A DNA stretch of 64,000 nt. Origin: Vicugna vicugna (taxonomy: Eukaryota). The DNA is taken from positions 9,093,819 through 9,157,818 of the forward strand of contig MU058065.1 in assembly GCA_013265495.1 (NCBI GenBank), written 5' to 3'. The notes under the pieces were generated by a model. It saw nothing but the letters and a program-made list of their open reading frames with translations. It did not search any database and was not told where the DNA came from. The position numbers and the translations under genes were made by a program. This document shows positions 50,833 to 64,000 of this stretch, in pieces (within the stretch, counting starts at the first letter, position 1; each line of letters begins with the position of its first letter).

Positions 50833-51430
50833 GTATCAGTCAGAATAACCTAGGTTATGCATGAGTAACAAATAAGCCTCCAATTTTTGTTGCTTTAAAA
50901 TAACAAGGGCTTGTCTTTCCTTTCAACCTACATGTCCTTCTCAAGTATCTGGGTTGGGTGAACAGTGCTCTATCCTGCGTTGGCATACACTTCCTTAGAG
51001 GCTTATTTGGTGAACATTTTAGGTTTGTGTATTATACAACAACCCAATCCCACCACTGTAGCTTGAAAGCATACAGACAAGTGGCTTTATTCCAAAAAAA
51101 CTTTATTTATAAACGCAGGCAGCCAACCCAGGGGTTGTGGTTTGCTGATGCCCGTGCTACATCATCCTCACTCTGGCACCCAGGCTGGTGGAGGCTCCCT
51201 CATTTGGGATGCACCCATCATGGTAGCAGGGAGGAAAAAGATCATGAAGAATCCTGCACCAGGTCTTAAATGCTTCACTTGGAAGTGACTTGGCTCACTT
51301 GTACTCATGTTTTATTGACTGTAGAAAATCATACATGGCCACATCTAAGTTCAATCTGTGGAGGCGGGGAAGCAGTCCCCTGTGGGCCTAGAAGAGGAAA
51401 ACCGGAAACACCGACCAGCCCCAGTCATGT
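50833..51430 (-). mobile_element. Old MLT1 LTR with nested MER58A-like insert (~50990-51155)
   Basis: TGTATCAGTCAGAATAACCTAGGTTATGC start and GGAAGTGAC..CACTT..CACATGGCCAC-like block. The insert carries TTCCAAAAAAACTTTATTTATAAA and GTGGTTTGCTGA. Confidence 0.55.
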
Positions 51431-51866
51431 CTATTGTCCTCTGCATCGTTCTGTTGTTCAGCTCTTTTTGTGGCTATATTTTTGCTGAGCTTTATGTTCC
51501 TAGTTAAGGAAATGAGTTACAAAGCTGTGGTTTGCTCTATGTTCTTACCAATGTATTACTCAGTTTCTGGATCAACTAGGCCTCTTTTCCTGCTTTTCTG
51601 GTCTAGCTTCTAGGCTTGTTATTACTCACCAACCAGAGCACGAAAGAGCCAGAGGGAAAGTGAAGTAGAAAATGCAAATTCATCTACCTCACACATAGTT
51701 CCTGGATCTTGGCCCACTACCTAGGAAAGTCCCTTCTGAGGGCCCACCGTCAGGCTTGGGGTTGCAGAAATTTGCATATCATTATCTAATTTACACAATC
51801 TATTCAAAGTAACCATTCTTTGAGGGTAATTCTTTGGCCTGTGTTGAACAGCTATGTATATTAGAA

Positions 51867-51895
51867 GTGTGTGTGTGTGTATGTGTGTGTGTGTG
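51867..51895. repeat. (TG)n microsatellite
   Basis: Interrupted GT dinucleotide run. Confidence 0.9.
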
Positions 51896-52768
51896 AATAT
51901 TACAAAAACAATTTGGTCAACTTCTCATGACCATCTTCTTTCCCTTTATTTCCTCTCTACATTTCACTCCCTTTCTTCCTAATAAATCCTGATGTTTTCA
52001 AAGAGTCAAAGGTTGGATGGGATGGGAATTTAGGATAATTTTTTGATTAAATTTCCCTTGCCTGTGTGCCTGATCATACCTTCCTGCGAATTTCTCTCCC
52101 TCCTCCATCCTTCCATCTTTTCTTTCAGCCATTCATCTATCCATCCAACATCTAAGTGAGGACCTACTATTTGCCAGGCTCTGTGCTAGGCAGGTAAAGG
52201 AGCTATAACTGAATAAGAGCAAGACAGTCTTTGCTCTCATGGAGCTAAAAACTTTTTTGGGGAAAAAAAACAAAGCAAAACAAAAACTGTGATAATTGGT
52301 AAGAGACTTGAAGAATCCTAGAAGTTGGAGATTGTAAGGGAGCATGTGGTGTGAACATCTGTCTCCTGGAAGGTGAAGTATTAGAGGGGAGAGTTCCTGT
52401 TAGTCTGTGTGAAGGAAGGCATTATTAAGGGATTTAATTCAAATGCTTTTGTTCTTTAACCTTCTGTTTCCACTGTTTATGCTACTGCTATCTTTAGCTG
52501 TGTTTGGAGAATGGCAAGGAGCCAGCAAGTTCTCAGTGGATTTCCCACTTGTAATATGTTTCTCTCTATCTGATTTTGGCTTAAAGATCAAATTGCCTTT
52601 AGGCCTATTTCTGATCCTTGCCAGAAAAAGCTGGCTCTTTCTCCACTCATCTGTGTGAAAACGTTGCTCAGGTGAGAATTTTCATATGATTTGAATAAAA
52701 GAAATAAAACTTTCCTGGAAAGGCATAACTTCTTTCTTTATTTTGCTGCTTCCAAGGCTCAAGATTGA

Positions 52769-52924
52769 TTGTTTGGTTCTTTTGTTGTTGTTTTTTGGTG
52801 GTGGTGGTGGGGTAATTAGGTTTACTTTATTTATTTATTTATTTTAATGGAGGTACAGGGGATTGAACCCAGGACCTCGTGCATGCTAAATACACATTCT
52901 ACCCCTGAGCTACACCCTCCTCCC
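52769..52924 (-). mobile_element. vic-1-type SINE
   Basis: tRNA-like head, with TSD TCCAAGGCTCAAGA(T/C)TGA at 52751-52768 and 52925-52942. Confidence 0.9.
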
Positions 52925-53599
52925 TCCAAGGCTCAAGACTGAGATTTTATGTCCTGTACAATTTTGTGGTTTTCTTTTGTTTTAACTTTATGGCAAAAAT
53001 GTATATCTAGTTGAAGTGCAAATCAAATAAAATGAATACAATATTTGAATGTTAAAGTATTTTGAGAAAATAATTCTTACATAAAACCAGCAGAATGTTC
53101 AAGACAACAGAACCATATACGGTGACAACAAATTTATCTTGCAACCTGGAAAAACATGCCATTCCATATTACAGAATTTCCAGAAAACTTGCTCTTTTTA
53201 CTTGCTCTTCTGTGAGCAAAATTTTTGCAACTAAGTTATTTTGAATTAAAATATTTCTGTGATATTTCCTATCTCTTAAACCAAACATAATTAATTGACT
53301 TGAAGCATCACTACACATTAACTCAGGTAATGCAATTTTCTGCAGCATATCGATGCCCTTGGAGCCTACCTAAGAGGTCTAGGACGATTGATCTCAACAG
53401 GTGTGACTCGAATGCTATGCTTTCAAGGTATTTACATGAAATTGTAAATTTGGCTTCGTTGTTTGTGTTTTCTGGGTTTCTTTTCTTTTCGTTTTTTTTT
53501 TCCTGGTGTCCCCTTAATTGTTAGGGGTGTCAGACATCCCTTCTCCCAGGTATCCTGTATCTGTTTCTAGTAACCACAAAACTAGCACTTCATTACTTT

Positions 53600-54110
53600 T
53601 GATTTATGTTGAGCATATTTATTAGGATAAACTTGGATGCATATCACATTTAGAACAAAACTACAGCAGCTAAAACAAGATAGTGGCTTATTTCTGCCCC
53701 ATGTGTAAGAATCCTAGAGATAGGCAGTCCCAGATGCATACAGCACGTCTTGAATTTCTTAGGGATTCAGTCTCCTTCTAGCTCTCCTAACATCCTTAGG
53801 CCATGTCCCACACTGCCACAGTCCAACATGGCTCCTAGAACCATCACTGCAGGGCAGCCCGCAGATTGGAAGGCAGGAAGAGAGAAGGACTAGGTCCCAC
53901 CTTGGAGGAATGCTTCCTGGATGCCCTACAAAACAGCACGACTGCTCATCTTTCACTGGTCAAAAGTTTGTCAAGCTTATAGTTGTAAGAAGACTGAGAA
54001 ACACAGGTTTTTATTTGGCTGCAAGACATCCCTGAACAAACTTGAGTTTCTGATACTAAGTAGAAATGGAAGAAGGGATGCTGGGGTCAGCCACTAGCAG
54101 CCTCTGCCAT
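53600..54110 (-). mobile_element. Old MLT1 LTR
   Basis: MLT1-type blocks CCAACATGGCTCC, ATTGG-like CACTGGTCAAAA and ending CTAGCAGCCTCTGCCAT. Confidence 0.45.
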
Positions 54111-54801
54111 ATTCCACTACCAAACAGCCACATCTCTTAGAAAATTGTGTAGAGATCTTGAAAGATATGGGTTTCTCCAAGGAAGTGAAATGAATGGCAT
54201 TGAATGCACAGACTTATATTCCTTAATCACTACAAGGCCTTTGAAAAAATTTCCAGATGCTCAGCTGGGTTCTGAATAACTAAATTTGTTACATAAATGG
54301 CATTTGAACAGTGGAGGTGCTATTGTGGCTGAAGTGAATAGTTACATATATAAAATCCTTCTCTAAAATTGAAGAAATTCTAGTTTGCCATATCACATAG
54401 ATGCATTCCAAATATGGGAGTTTCCTCTCAAAGCACGTGCCTCAAGTATGCGCAAAAATTATGTGTGGCCCTCACAATCTGCATTGGGTCCTTTATTTGG
54501 TTACATATACTCCCCTGATCACTTCTTCTCAGCTTGCAGAATTTATGCCAAGACCTACTAGAAATAACTTTTTCACATACATAATTTCTAGAGTCTGAGT
54601 GAAATCTTGTATTTGGTTTGTTTTCTACATTTTGTCTTTTTAAATCTATTCCTTGCGATGTTTGAAACTTTGGCGTGAAGGAGAAGTACACATGAACCTA
54701 GGATGCCAACTTGTACATTTAATATATTTGTGTTTGGCAAGGATCACTGTGGGCATTATTTTTGGTTCTCTGGTATTTTGTTTAAAATGAAAAACCTTAT
54801 T

Positions 54802-54925
54802 AGGGGAGGCTATAGCTCAGTGGTAGAGAATGCACTTAGCATGCATGAGGTCCTGGGTTCAATCGCCAGTAGCTCCATGAAAATAAATAGATAAACCAAA
54901 TCCCCTCCCGCCCCCCTCAAAAAAG
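54802..54925 (+). mobile_element. vic-1-type SINE
   Basis: GGGGAGGCTATAGCTCAGTGGTAGAG..TTAGCATG..GGTCCTGGGTTCAATC with an AAAT/C-rich/A tail. Confidence 0.88.
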
Positions 54926-55853
54926 AAAACCATTTGCATGAGCAAGACAAGTATCCAATCTAGAACTGGGTCTCATGCCCCCATAACTTGAGTGACTTAG
55001 TTCTCTGGGTAAATGTCACGGCCACACACATACTCTTCTGGTGAATTTTACAGGCTGGATCTTAACTGCCCTGATCTAGCTGTGCCCACACATGTGGCTT
55101 TTGTCTGTGAAGCAAATGTGGAAAGCAGAAACAGCGTTTAGCTTACTCCTGGGCTGATGAGCAGCTGCTCCGCACTCTTACAGCTGCACTGGGTGTTTAC
55201 AACAGCCCTACCAGGTGTTAGATATTTTGAATATCTCCCCTAGCGAGGATTGGATAGATATCCTAGTTATACACCAAGGACACACCAATGCAAGATTTCC
55301 AGTCCTTCTAGGAGGAAGTCCACCCCACACAACATCTCCCACACCTCACGCCGTCTACCAGGGCAGGATTCTGGCAATTCCCAGCCAAGGCCGGGGAGAG
55401 GTGCCTGTGCTGGGGCAGATGATGCAGAGTTCTTCATCTTCCACATTTGACATAATGACCATGGTCTACTCTGCTCTTACTGCAGCATCTCAGCCATTCC
55501 TAGCCTCAACATGATCACACGAAGTTACAACAATGGAGGTAAATGCTTTCTTGATGTACCATTAAAAGTACAAGGTGAAATAACAAGATGGCGTAGGCAT
55601 ATTCCTTCTGCACCCTCTGCAGGTATCCGCCTCCTCTGTGCATTGCCTGGACTCTCACATGTTACTGCAGGAGAAGAATCTGCTAAATGCTGGGGAGTTA
55701 CAGAGTTCACAGCAAATCAGTCCCTGCCCTCAGGTGCTTACAATCCTGTAGTCGAAATGGTGAGAGGCCACAATGATGAAGATGATGGATCTTGACCCTA
55801 TCCAGCCCTTCCTGTGAAGGAACTTGAAGTGAGGAGAGAAGAGAAAGAATGGG

Positions 55854-56234
55854 TGTCTTAGTCTGCTCCGGCTGCCATAACACTATACCAGAGATGAGGT
55901 GGCTTGAACAACAGATACTTATTTTTTCATAATTCTGGAGACTAAAAGTCCACGATCAAGGTCGTGTCTATTTAGTTTTTGGTGAGAGCTCTCTTCCTGG
56001 CTTGCAGACAGCTGTCTTCTTGCTTGTCTTCACATGGCACTTATTCAGTCTGTGCACTGGGGGTAGCAAGTTGCCAAGCTGTCTGGTGTCTCTTCTTATA
56101 AGAACACCCATCCTATTGGACCTGGATGACCTGATTTAACTTTAATTACTTCCTTAACCCTAATAAAGCCACACTTGGTGGGTAGGACTTCAACATAGGA
56201 ATTTTGGGGAGACACAAACATTCAGTCCCTAACA
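55854..56234 (-). mobile_element. MLT1A-like MaLR solo LTR
   Basis: Reverse complement of the same family: TGTCTTAGTCTGCT...GACACAAACATTCAGTCCCTAACA. Confidence 0.85.
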
Positions 56235-57874
56235 ACGGTTTGAGATGAAACACTTGGAAGGGGCAATAGATCTCCCCAATTTTACTCTTGTTCTCTGGAA
56301 GATTTACTTAAAAACCAATGACTTATTTCCTCGGATCATTCCCATTAGCATAACTCCCACCTCCTGGCTTAGATCCTCAGCCCTCAGAAGCTACTTCCAT
56401 TTCAGGGGGATGGATGATGCTAGAAGTCCTAGAAAGAGCTGGAGCCGATGCTCAAGTTGGGAGCTGTGGTGGCAACATCCTGATAGTCCTCCAGACCGAA
56501 GTTCAGAGTAACCACATGTCCAGAGCTGAAGCCAGGGCAGCCCTCCAGACTGAGATAAAAATATTTAGAATTGGAATTTCTCCAGACGATACATAGAATA
56601 TGGTTGCCTAGGGTGGGTGCAAAGACAGTAGGGGAAACAGAGGACTGTGTCAAGGTAAAGAAGTAAGAGGGGAGCAGGAAGCACCCTGGCTGAGGAGCAA
56701 GAGCTAACTGTTATCCATGGCTCTAAAAAGGATCTGAGGTTCACAGGCTTATACTCGGGCCCTGTGTGCTCAGGTCTCCGCCTCACTGACAGACCTCTCT
56801 GTGCCGTCTCCTGTCAGGGTCTCCCCAGCTAGATTTCCCAGGTCTCCCTCTATGCATGTGAACAGGTCCTGTGGGAATTTCTTGTTCTCCCCACCCCTCC
56901 CCTGTGGGTCACCCAGAGCCAATGCCTGGAAGCAGGAGAAGCAGGTGTGGTCAGGGAGGAGCAGTGCACCGAGTTTTGACCTCTGGGGTATGTGTTGTAA
57001 CAGTTCCTGGGGGAGAGATTGCTCAGGTTTCCATAACTCCAGAAAATGTGGAGCTCTTTCCTGGGTCCGCCATGTAGCACAGTCCCAGAGGGTGTAATTC
57101 ACACCAGCTTCTCCACAAATGGTGCCCCGGAATTGTGCAGCACACAGCCTGTAAGGCCACTCAAAGTGACCCTGCCCCTCCCCAGGGATCCCTAGTCCTT
57201 AAGGAACGAGTTACTGCACGCACCATCTCTAGCAACGGCAGGAATGGAAGCACAGCCAATAATGAATGAAAAGGCCAAAGTATTATGCCATTGATAAGGG
57301 GTAGGCTCTCTGTGTGACTATGAATATGTCACTATTACAATGTTTTGACAAGATATGGATGCTCAAAAAAGCAGGGTTATGAATTCTGCGTACGACATCT
57401 CTGTAACTGGTAGGGTTTAAAGAAGAATAATTCTTTTACTTCAGAGAAAAATGACACAGTCAAGATTTATTCACGTGCTTGTGCAAAAAGTTTGATTTTC
57501 CTTACCATTTTATTGTTCTAGTACATACATGATATTGGAAGTGATCCGTGCTTTCACGGATCTCCGCTCATCAGATGTCTTCTAGCTTTGCAAGGGGCAA
57601 CTTGCCTAAGAAATGTAATTATCTACTGCAGATAAGTGCTGTTTTTACTTTCCTGACTGTCTAAATCTCCTCCGGGGAAAAACAAGTTAATAATTCTTCT
57701 ATTTACAAAGCTGGCTTGATCTAGTCTGTGGTGGACTGAATATATGCAGTATTATTTAAATTAGGGCTGGAAAGTACAAGGCGTCTCTGAAGCTTTCAAA
57801 GTAACAAAAAGATTTTTTTCTTAATTATTTAAGATCTAGCAGTGATGTATACTAATATCTAAGAATCTCTAAAC

Positions 57875-58410
57875 CAGTGGCTCCCAATACATGGTTCCTG
57901 GACCTTGTTAAAAATGCAACTTAACAGGTCCTACTCCAGACCTACCGAATCAAATTCTGAGGGGTGGGGCCCAGCAGTCGGTGCTTTAACAAGCCCTCGA
58001 GGTGATCCTGACGCGTGCCCACACTTGAGAAGCAGTGTTCTGGGTCTAGAAAAGTGATTCTCATTTTGGGTTGTATATAAGAATCCCTTGGGGATCTCTT
58101 AAAAATCTGACGCCCAAGGCTACACCCCAGACAAACAATCCAGAGTCTCTGGAGGGGAAAGCAGGCATAAATTCCCTCGGTGACTACAATGCGTATCCAA
58201 GGTTAAGAACCACTTATTGCTTCAGGAGCAATACTCAAATTTTAGCATGTATAAAAATGGCCAGGAGTACTTGTTAAATAGATAGATTACCCCCAGAGGT
58301 TTTGATTCAGTAGATTGGTAGTTAAGGCCCAGGAGTTTACATTTTTAGCCAATATTCCAGGTGCTACTGTGGAAGGTCCAGGGACCACTGCTTAAGGAAC
58401 ATTACTTTAG
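57875..58410. mobile_element. Three adjacent MER5-like elements (~57875-58037, ~58050-58214, ~58225-58408)
   Basis: Each shows MER5 hallmarks: TTGTTAAAAATGCA, GGGGTGGGGCCCAG, TTTAACAAGCCC, GGTGA(T/C), AGAACCACT-like ends. Confidence 0.7.
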
Positions 58411-58904
58411 AGCCAGGACTACGTAAAGAATCATAAGAGCTGTGCTTACCAGCAGGAATTAGGAAGACAGCTCTGAAGATTTAAAATCGCAGCGTTCAGT
58501 TGTATGGGGACGAATAGTAACCTGACCTTTTGCGGTGATCACTTTGTAGTCTACACAGATGTCGAATTATAATGTTACCTACTCGAAATTCATATAATGT
58601 TATATACCGTTTTTACTCAATTAAAAATAAGTTTAAAAAGTTACAATAAATAAAGTTGCAGGCCAACAGAATTCAACAGATAATTGCATGGAGAGGGTAG
58701 GGGATGGAACTGCAGAAAGGTGGTGAGGCTGTTTAATTATGATGTCTCAGTCAACCATTGACTTTAGTGACCTTCCAAGCTAATGAACTCTCTTAGCAAA
58801 ATAATGAAATCAGGAGACTGACCCTAACAACCCCTTCCGTCGCATGTTCCTATGTTGGGGGCTAGCACATTCTAACAAGGCATATGCCTACACCAAGAGC
58901 AGGG

Positions 58905-59095
58905 CAACGGCATGAAAACAACAGACTTTGGAATCAGGCAGACCCGATGTGAGTCTGGATGTCACCACTTGCTAGCTCTGGGACCTGGGGCAAGTTACTC
59001 CGCTCTCCGACTCTGGGCTCTGATCTGTCATGAGAGGACACTGATACCTCCCTGCCAGGGCCGTCATGAAGATTAACATGAGAAGCCCTTGACAC
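58905..59095 (+). mobile_element. MIR SINE
   Basis: CAGACTTTGGAATCAGGCAGACC..CCACTTGCTAGCTCTGGGACCTGGGGCAAGTTAC. Confidence 0.7.
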
Positions 59096-59699
59096 CCACC
59101 AGCCTCACACAGGACGACTATTGTTGCTCTGCTGTTTACTTACGAGAGCCTTTTTCTAATTTATTGTACCAAAAGCCGTTCAGCAGTTTTGACATCCTGA
59201 GACGTTCCTCCAGCTCCTCTGTATGGACACAGAATTCCCAACAAGCAGAGACATGAAAACCTGTCATTATCTTTAAAACTAAATAAAAGCAACAAAGAAT
59301 GGATCATCGAGGGAGTGTTTTTTATGAGCCCCGTGCTTGATTAAGTCCTCCAAACAATTCTCCTTGAGTCTGTTGTGCAAAGTATACCCATCACAATTTG
59401 GTGAAAAGTCAGCTTGGAAGAGAATCTTAAATACGTTCCCAGCTGTGTCCTAATTGTCTGCTTAGAAAGAGTACACATGCATTTTTCACTGTGGTAACTT
59501 CAAGGACAGATGCTGCTAAAGAGAATTTTCAGTGATTCATACCATAGTTCCTCATTCGAGAAAGATTTTTCTGATAAACCTGCAGAAATAAAAGAGAATA
59601 TGGTAGAGGAAGACATTAAGAATTAAAGTTGGGAAAGAATTCAAGGAGTCACTCAGTTTATTTTTTAAGGTTTAGACAGAAAAGTCTAGCCTGAGCCTC

Positions 59700-60070
59700 A
59701 TGATGGCCTGAGGCAGATGGAGGCGTCTATGAACCTCAGTTTTCACCAAAGTAAGAAGCTGTTGTCCCACTACATTCCTCCAGCCACAAGATAAACAGGG
59801 TTCCTCCGGTGGGTTTGGAATGGAGACCACCCATCATAATTACCCTCATACACTTAAGATGACACTTAAGTCATCCTCAAGCCTCCTTTTTTCTAAGAAA
59901 AAATCCAGTTCCCTCCAACTTGCCTTATAGGCTCTGTTTTCCAACCTTTTAATCATGGTCTCCTTTGTGTGCTCTGGCCACGTGCACTGCCTCTCCTCTG
60001 AGCTGTGGCTCTCAGACCTGGGCCTGGTCCACGGGTGAGGACCTGACCCTACTGACCTGGACAGGAAAGC
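59700..60070 (-). mobile_element. L3/CR1 fragment
   Basis: CCAGTTCCCTCCAAC..TTTTCCAACCTTTTAATCAT..GCTCTGG..CAGACCTGG pattern of antisense CR1/L3 ORF2 3' region. Confidence 0.45.
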
Positions 60071-60329
60071 CCCTCTGTTTCCACACTCACTTTTAAGCCA
60101 AGAAAGTAGTTAGCAGTCATCATCGAGTATCTCCCAGGCTTTGTTCTAAAATGTGTGGGTAACTCTGCTGTCCACAGGGCCAGGCCGGAACAGAGCGGGA
60201 TGGGAGAGACTGCGGTCCAGCCAAAGCAGGCAGCCGGCGTGGCTCCAGGGCTCTCTTGCCCTGAAGTTCAATGTTGCCAGGTCTTTTTCTTTCTTTCTCT
60301 TAGTTTACTTAATTTTCTTTTTTTGTTTG

Positions 60330-61080
60330 TTTTTTAAATTGAGGTATAATTGACACATAACATTGTATTTGTTTCAGGCATACAACATAATGATTCAATA
60401 TTTGTACACATTGCAAAACTATCACCACAGTTAGTCTAGTTAACATCTGTCACTGTACATGTTACCAAAAAAATTCTTGTGATGAGCACTTTTAAGATCT
60501 ACTCTCTTACCAATGTTCAGATATGTAATTAAACTATTAACACCATGTTGTACATTGCATCCCTATGACTTATGTATATTATAATCAGCAGTTTGTACCT
60601 TTTGACCCCCCTCACCCATTTCAACCACCCCCTACACCTAGCCTTTGGCAACCACCAATCCATTCTCTGTATCTCTGAACTTGTTTGTTTGTTTGCTTGC
60701 TTATTGTTTTTAGTTTCACATATAAGTGAGATCATATAGTACTTGTCTTTCTCTGTCTGAGTTATCTGATTTAGCATGATGCCCTCACAGTCTATCCATG
60801 TTGTTGCAAATGGCATTATTTTGTTATTTTTATGGCTGAGTAGTATTCCATTGTATAAATATACCACATCTTCTTTATCCATTCATCTGTCAATGGACAC
60901 TTAGGTTGTTTCCATCTCTTGGCGATTGTAAATAATGCTGCAGTGAACATGGTGGTGCTTATAGCTTTTTAAGGTATTTTAGTGTTTTAGTTTTAGTTTG
61001 GATTAATGCCCAGAAGAATTGCTGGGTCATATAGTAGTTCTATTTTTAACTTTCTGAGGAACCTCCATACTGTTCTACAG
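60330..61080 (-). mobile_element. Antisense L1MA-like 3' end
   Basis: ORF 60529-60882 (MDKEDVVYLYNGILLSHK...FATTWIDCEGIML) is the L1 ORF2 C-terminus/3' UTR region. Confidence 0.85.
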
Positions 61081-63179
61081 ATTGTTGCCAGGTCTTCGGA
61101 TTTTTCTAAAAAAGTAAAAAATGTAGACTTTAAAAGGTTCTGATTTAAAGAAAAAATGTCGGTCATCTCAAAAATATTTGTCTGTGATAAACAAAATATG
61201 TTTGGAGGTTGAATCAAGTCCCTGGCCTTCCTGCTTACCTCTGTTCTAGTTAGTAGAATATAAATAAAAGACAGGTGTGGGTGGGGGCCTGGGGATGAGT
61301 TAGGGACACAGAAAATGGGTAAATCGATTTTTAGCAAAAAACAACCATGGAAATTAACAATGATACACACGTACTTGGAAAAGATAAGACAAATTATTAA
61401 TAAAATACTGAAGTAATTACCATTTTAACTCAATGTCTGAAACATAGTTAATGTTCAAAAAATGTTTGTTGACTAAATATTCTAATACTCCTTTGCCATC
61501 ATGAAGCATTTTGTGATTTCAATGGAAAGGTAAGAATATTAGTCTTCCCCCTCTCATTACTTGTAGAACTCCCACCGCTAGGAGAAGCAGAACCAGGGCT
61601 TCGGGCCAGATGGCTTCCTTGGTCATTGTTTCTCCCTTCTGAACCTTGTCTTCCCCACGTCTGGAGCCCACCTTCTCGGGAGGTGTAAGTGGGTGCTCGT
61701 ACATGTAGAATGGTCCTGAGACCATCCTCCCTTCCTCCCTGAAAAGAACCCCTTCTCACACACAGTAAAAACAAACAAAATCCGTCAAAGCAAAGTAAGG
61801 GATAGACAATGAAGAGTAGGCTCTCCCTGCTCTACTCTCTCCCACAGCCCCTAGTGCTCCTCTCCAGGGGCAGCTACGAGGTCCAGCTTATGCAAATCTG
61901 TGGAGGTATTTTGTGTATTTGTGTGTGTGTGGCTATTCTCCCCACGACTATCTTTTCACACAAATGGTAGTACTTCATAATGATGTTTATTCTTTGCTTT
62001 TAAAAAAAAAAGTCTTAAGACTGTATTCTGAATACCTTGAACATCTTTTACCCAGAGCCCTCTTGATAAATGCTTAGGTTGTTTCCAGCTTTTTCCTACT
62101 TTAAATAATGCTGCAGTGAGTGACTCTGACTATGCGCCATTTCACACACGCAGAAGGAAATCTGTGGGGTAAATACAAGTGGAATTACCAGATCCAAGGG
62201 TGTGTATATTTTTAATTTTTAAAGCTTGCCCAGTCACCCTCCATAAAGCCCAATTTATTCCCTCACCAGCGATATATAGAATGCTATCATCCCATTTTGT
62301 AAAAATCTTCCTTCCTGTTTATTCACTCACTCTTATGGACGTACTCTGGACAATCCAAAACTTCAATTTCTGAAATTGAAAACTCAAATGTGCATCTCTG
62401 TCTTAAACTCTCCTCCAGCTACTGCCCCTCCCCTCCCCCGCTTTCCCCTTCCCAGCAGCTGGCTTCTGTACCACCTTCTTTTTCCCATCTAATCTAGCTC
62501 TGTGGGCTGTCACTTCAGCCTCTCTCTCAGAGGGCAAAGCTCTCCCCCTAGATTAGTCCAACTTTCTGCCCAGAATCTTCTTCTCACCCCTCTTCCAGCT
62601 ATATTCTACTCATCTGTGAAGTCTTACCTCAGGCATACTGCTACCAGGAAGTCTTCCATGATTTCCACAATGAACAGATCTTTCCTTTGTGCTCCTGTAG
62701 TGTCATGTGAAAATAGAAGTATGGAATGTAATTTACTTGATTGCAACCCCCGACTAGACTGTAATTCCTTGAGGGGAGGGGTCAAGTTTAGCACCTAACT
62801 CTGTGCCTGGCACATAGTAATTGCTCATTAAGAACTTCTAAAATGAATAAATGAATGAACAGTACTTTCGTTGATCTAACCATTTTTTTAATGCTGACAA
62901 TATTTTCAAAGATTCATAGAAATGGGCATTACTCACGCACATGGGCTATGGTGAAGTCTAAGTGGCAACTTGACAGTATGTTTTAGAATACCAGAAAAAA
63001 AAAAGTCCCAGAAATTCCACTTCTAAATTATTTATCATCACTAAAGAATCAGAGATATACACAAAAATTTATCTATACTTCTGTGTGGTACTTTGTTATT
63101 TTTAATGGTGACTTATTGAAAACAACAGTAGAGTGAATTGGTTAAGTACATTAGAGTAATATGCAGCCAACAAATTTTT

Positions 63180-63333
63180 AATAAAACCTTTTTCTTTTTT
63201 TTTCTGGGGATGGGGAGGGGAGAAGTAATTAGGTTTATTTATTATTATTATTTTTTTAGAGAAGTTACTGGGGATTGAACCCAGGACCTCATGCATGCTA
63301 AGCATGCACTCTACCACTTAGCTATACCCTCCC
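63180..63333 (-). mobile_element. vic-1-type SINE
   Basis: GGGATTGAACCCAGGACCTCATGCATGCTAAGCATGCACTCTACCACT, with TSD CAGCCAACAAA on both sides. Confidence 0.9.
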
Positions 63334-64000
63334 TACAGCCAACAAAATTTGTGTTTTTGAAAAATATTTAATAATTTGGGAAAATATTTACATTGCATTG
63401 TTAAGTGAAAAAGCCATTTGACAATGGTTATGTATAATGTGGTCCCTGTTTTTTAAAAATATATGCACAAGGAAAAAAACTAAAAAGTATACACTAACAT
63501 TTTAATAGTAATTATCTAAATAGTAGGATTGTGTATGATTTTAATTTCTTCATCCTGATTTTCTAAATTCTCAACAATAAATATGTGCTTTAAAAAGCTA
63601 TGAAAATTAGTATTAAAAAAAGAAGAGAGAGAAAGAGAAGAAGGAAAAAGGGGAGCTGACAGAGAAGAAAGAACAAAGGGAGTTAGCACACGGGATTGCC
63701 AGACGCAGAACTCTACTTGACAGCGTTTGCTTTTAGCATGTTAAAGCATGTCTTGCTTTTCAGGATGTTAGAAATGCTATCTTCCGGCTTATGTTATTTT
63801 TGACAAGAAATTATTATCTGTTTTCAATGAGTTACTTTTCTCCAGGTCATAGGTCACATTTTCGTCCTTCTTCTCATGTCTAGTATTTCTTAAATGGATG
63901 CTGGATGTTGTAATTTTACAGACATACATTATTGTATGTCTGGATTTTGTTGTCTTTCTGATGTCTGTCTCCTCAATGCAGTGTCTTCTGTACTCTGCTT

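Noticed and set aside
54802..54876. Apparent tRNA-Ala gene (and seven similar copies)
   Set aside because: Diverged acceptor stems, AAAT/poly-A tails and TSDs show these are SINEs.
60529..60882. 117-aa ORF
   Set aside because: L1 ORF2 C-terminal/3' UTR-derived sequence.
46000..64000. Expected neighbouring gene (MYO1B lies upstream of STAT4 in human) or other coding exons
   Set aside because: No CpG island or myosin-like exon was recognised; the neighbour, if syntenic, lies beyond the window.

Overview
Mammalian genomic DNA, very probably camelid: eight copies of a tRNA-Ala-derived vic-1-type SINE plus Laurasiatherian-type L1 3' ends. The only protein-coding gene I can support is the 5' end of STAT4 on the minus strand. 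It has a non-coding exon 1 in a CpG island (donor at 16219/16218), coding exon 2 (13654-13782, [14 protein letters not shown]...QDW) and exon 3 (12205-12349, EAASNNETMAT...KVLQ). The long intron 3 runs off the left edge. None of these exons appears in the supplied ORF track. The ~47 kb upstream of the gene is mostly old repeats (L1, L2, L3/CR1, MIR, MaLR/ERVL LTRs, hAT elements) with repeat-poor, motif-rich blocks between them. The most notable observation is a candidate distal STAT4 promoter and first exon about 27 kb upstream, with a minus-strand TATA box, several NF-kB-type sites, a splice donor and a strong-context uATG. It lies ~140 bp from an internally deleted two-LTR ERVL provirus with a 5-bp TSD, whose LTRs share an unusually conserved 62-nt core. 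I found no evidence for a new protein-coding or prokaryote-type system; the candidates are regulatory. Repeat subfamily names come from recalled consensus sequences and need RepeatMasker/Dfam confirmation.
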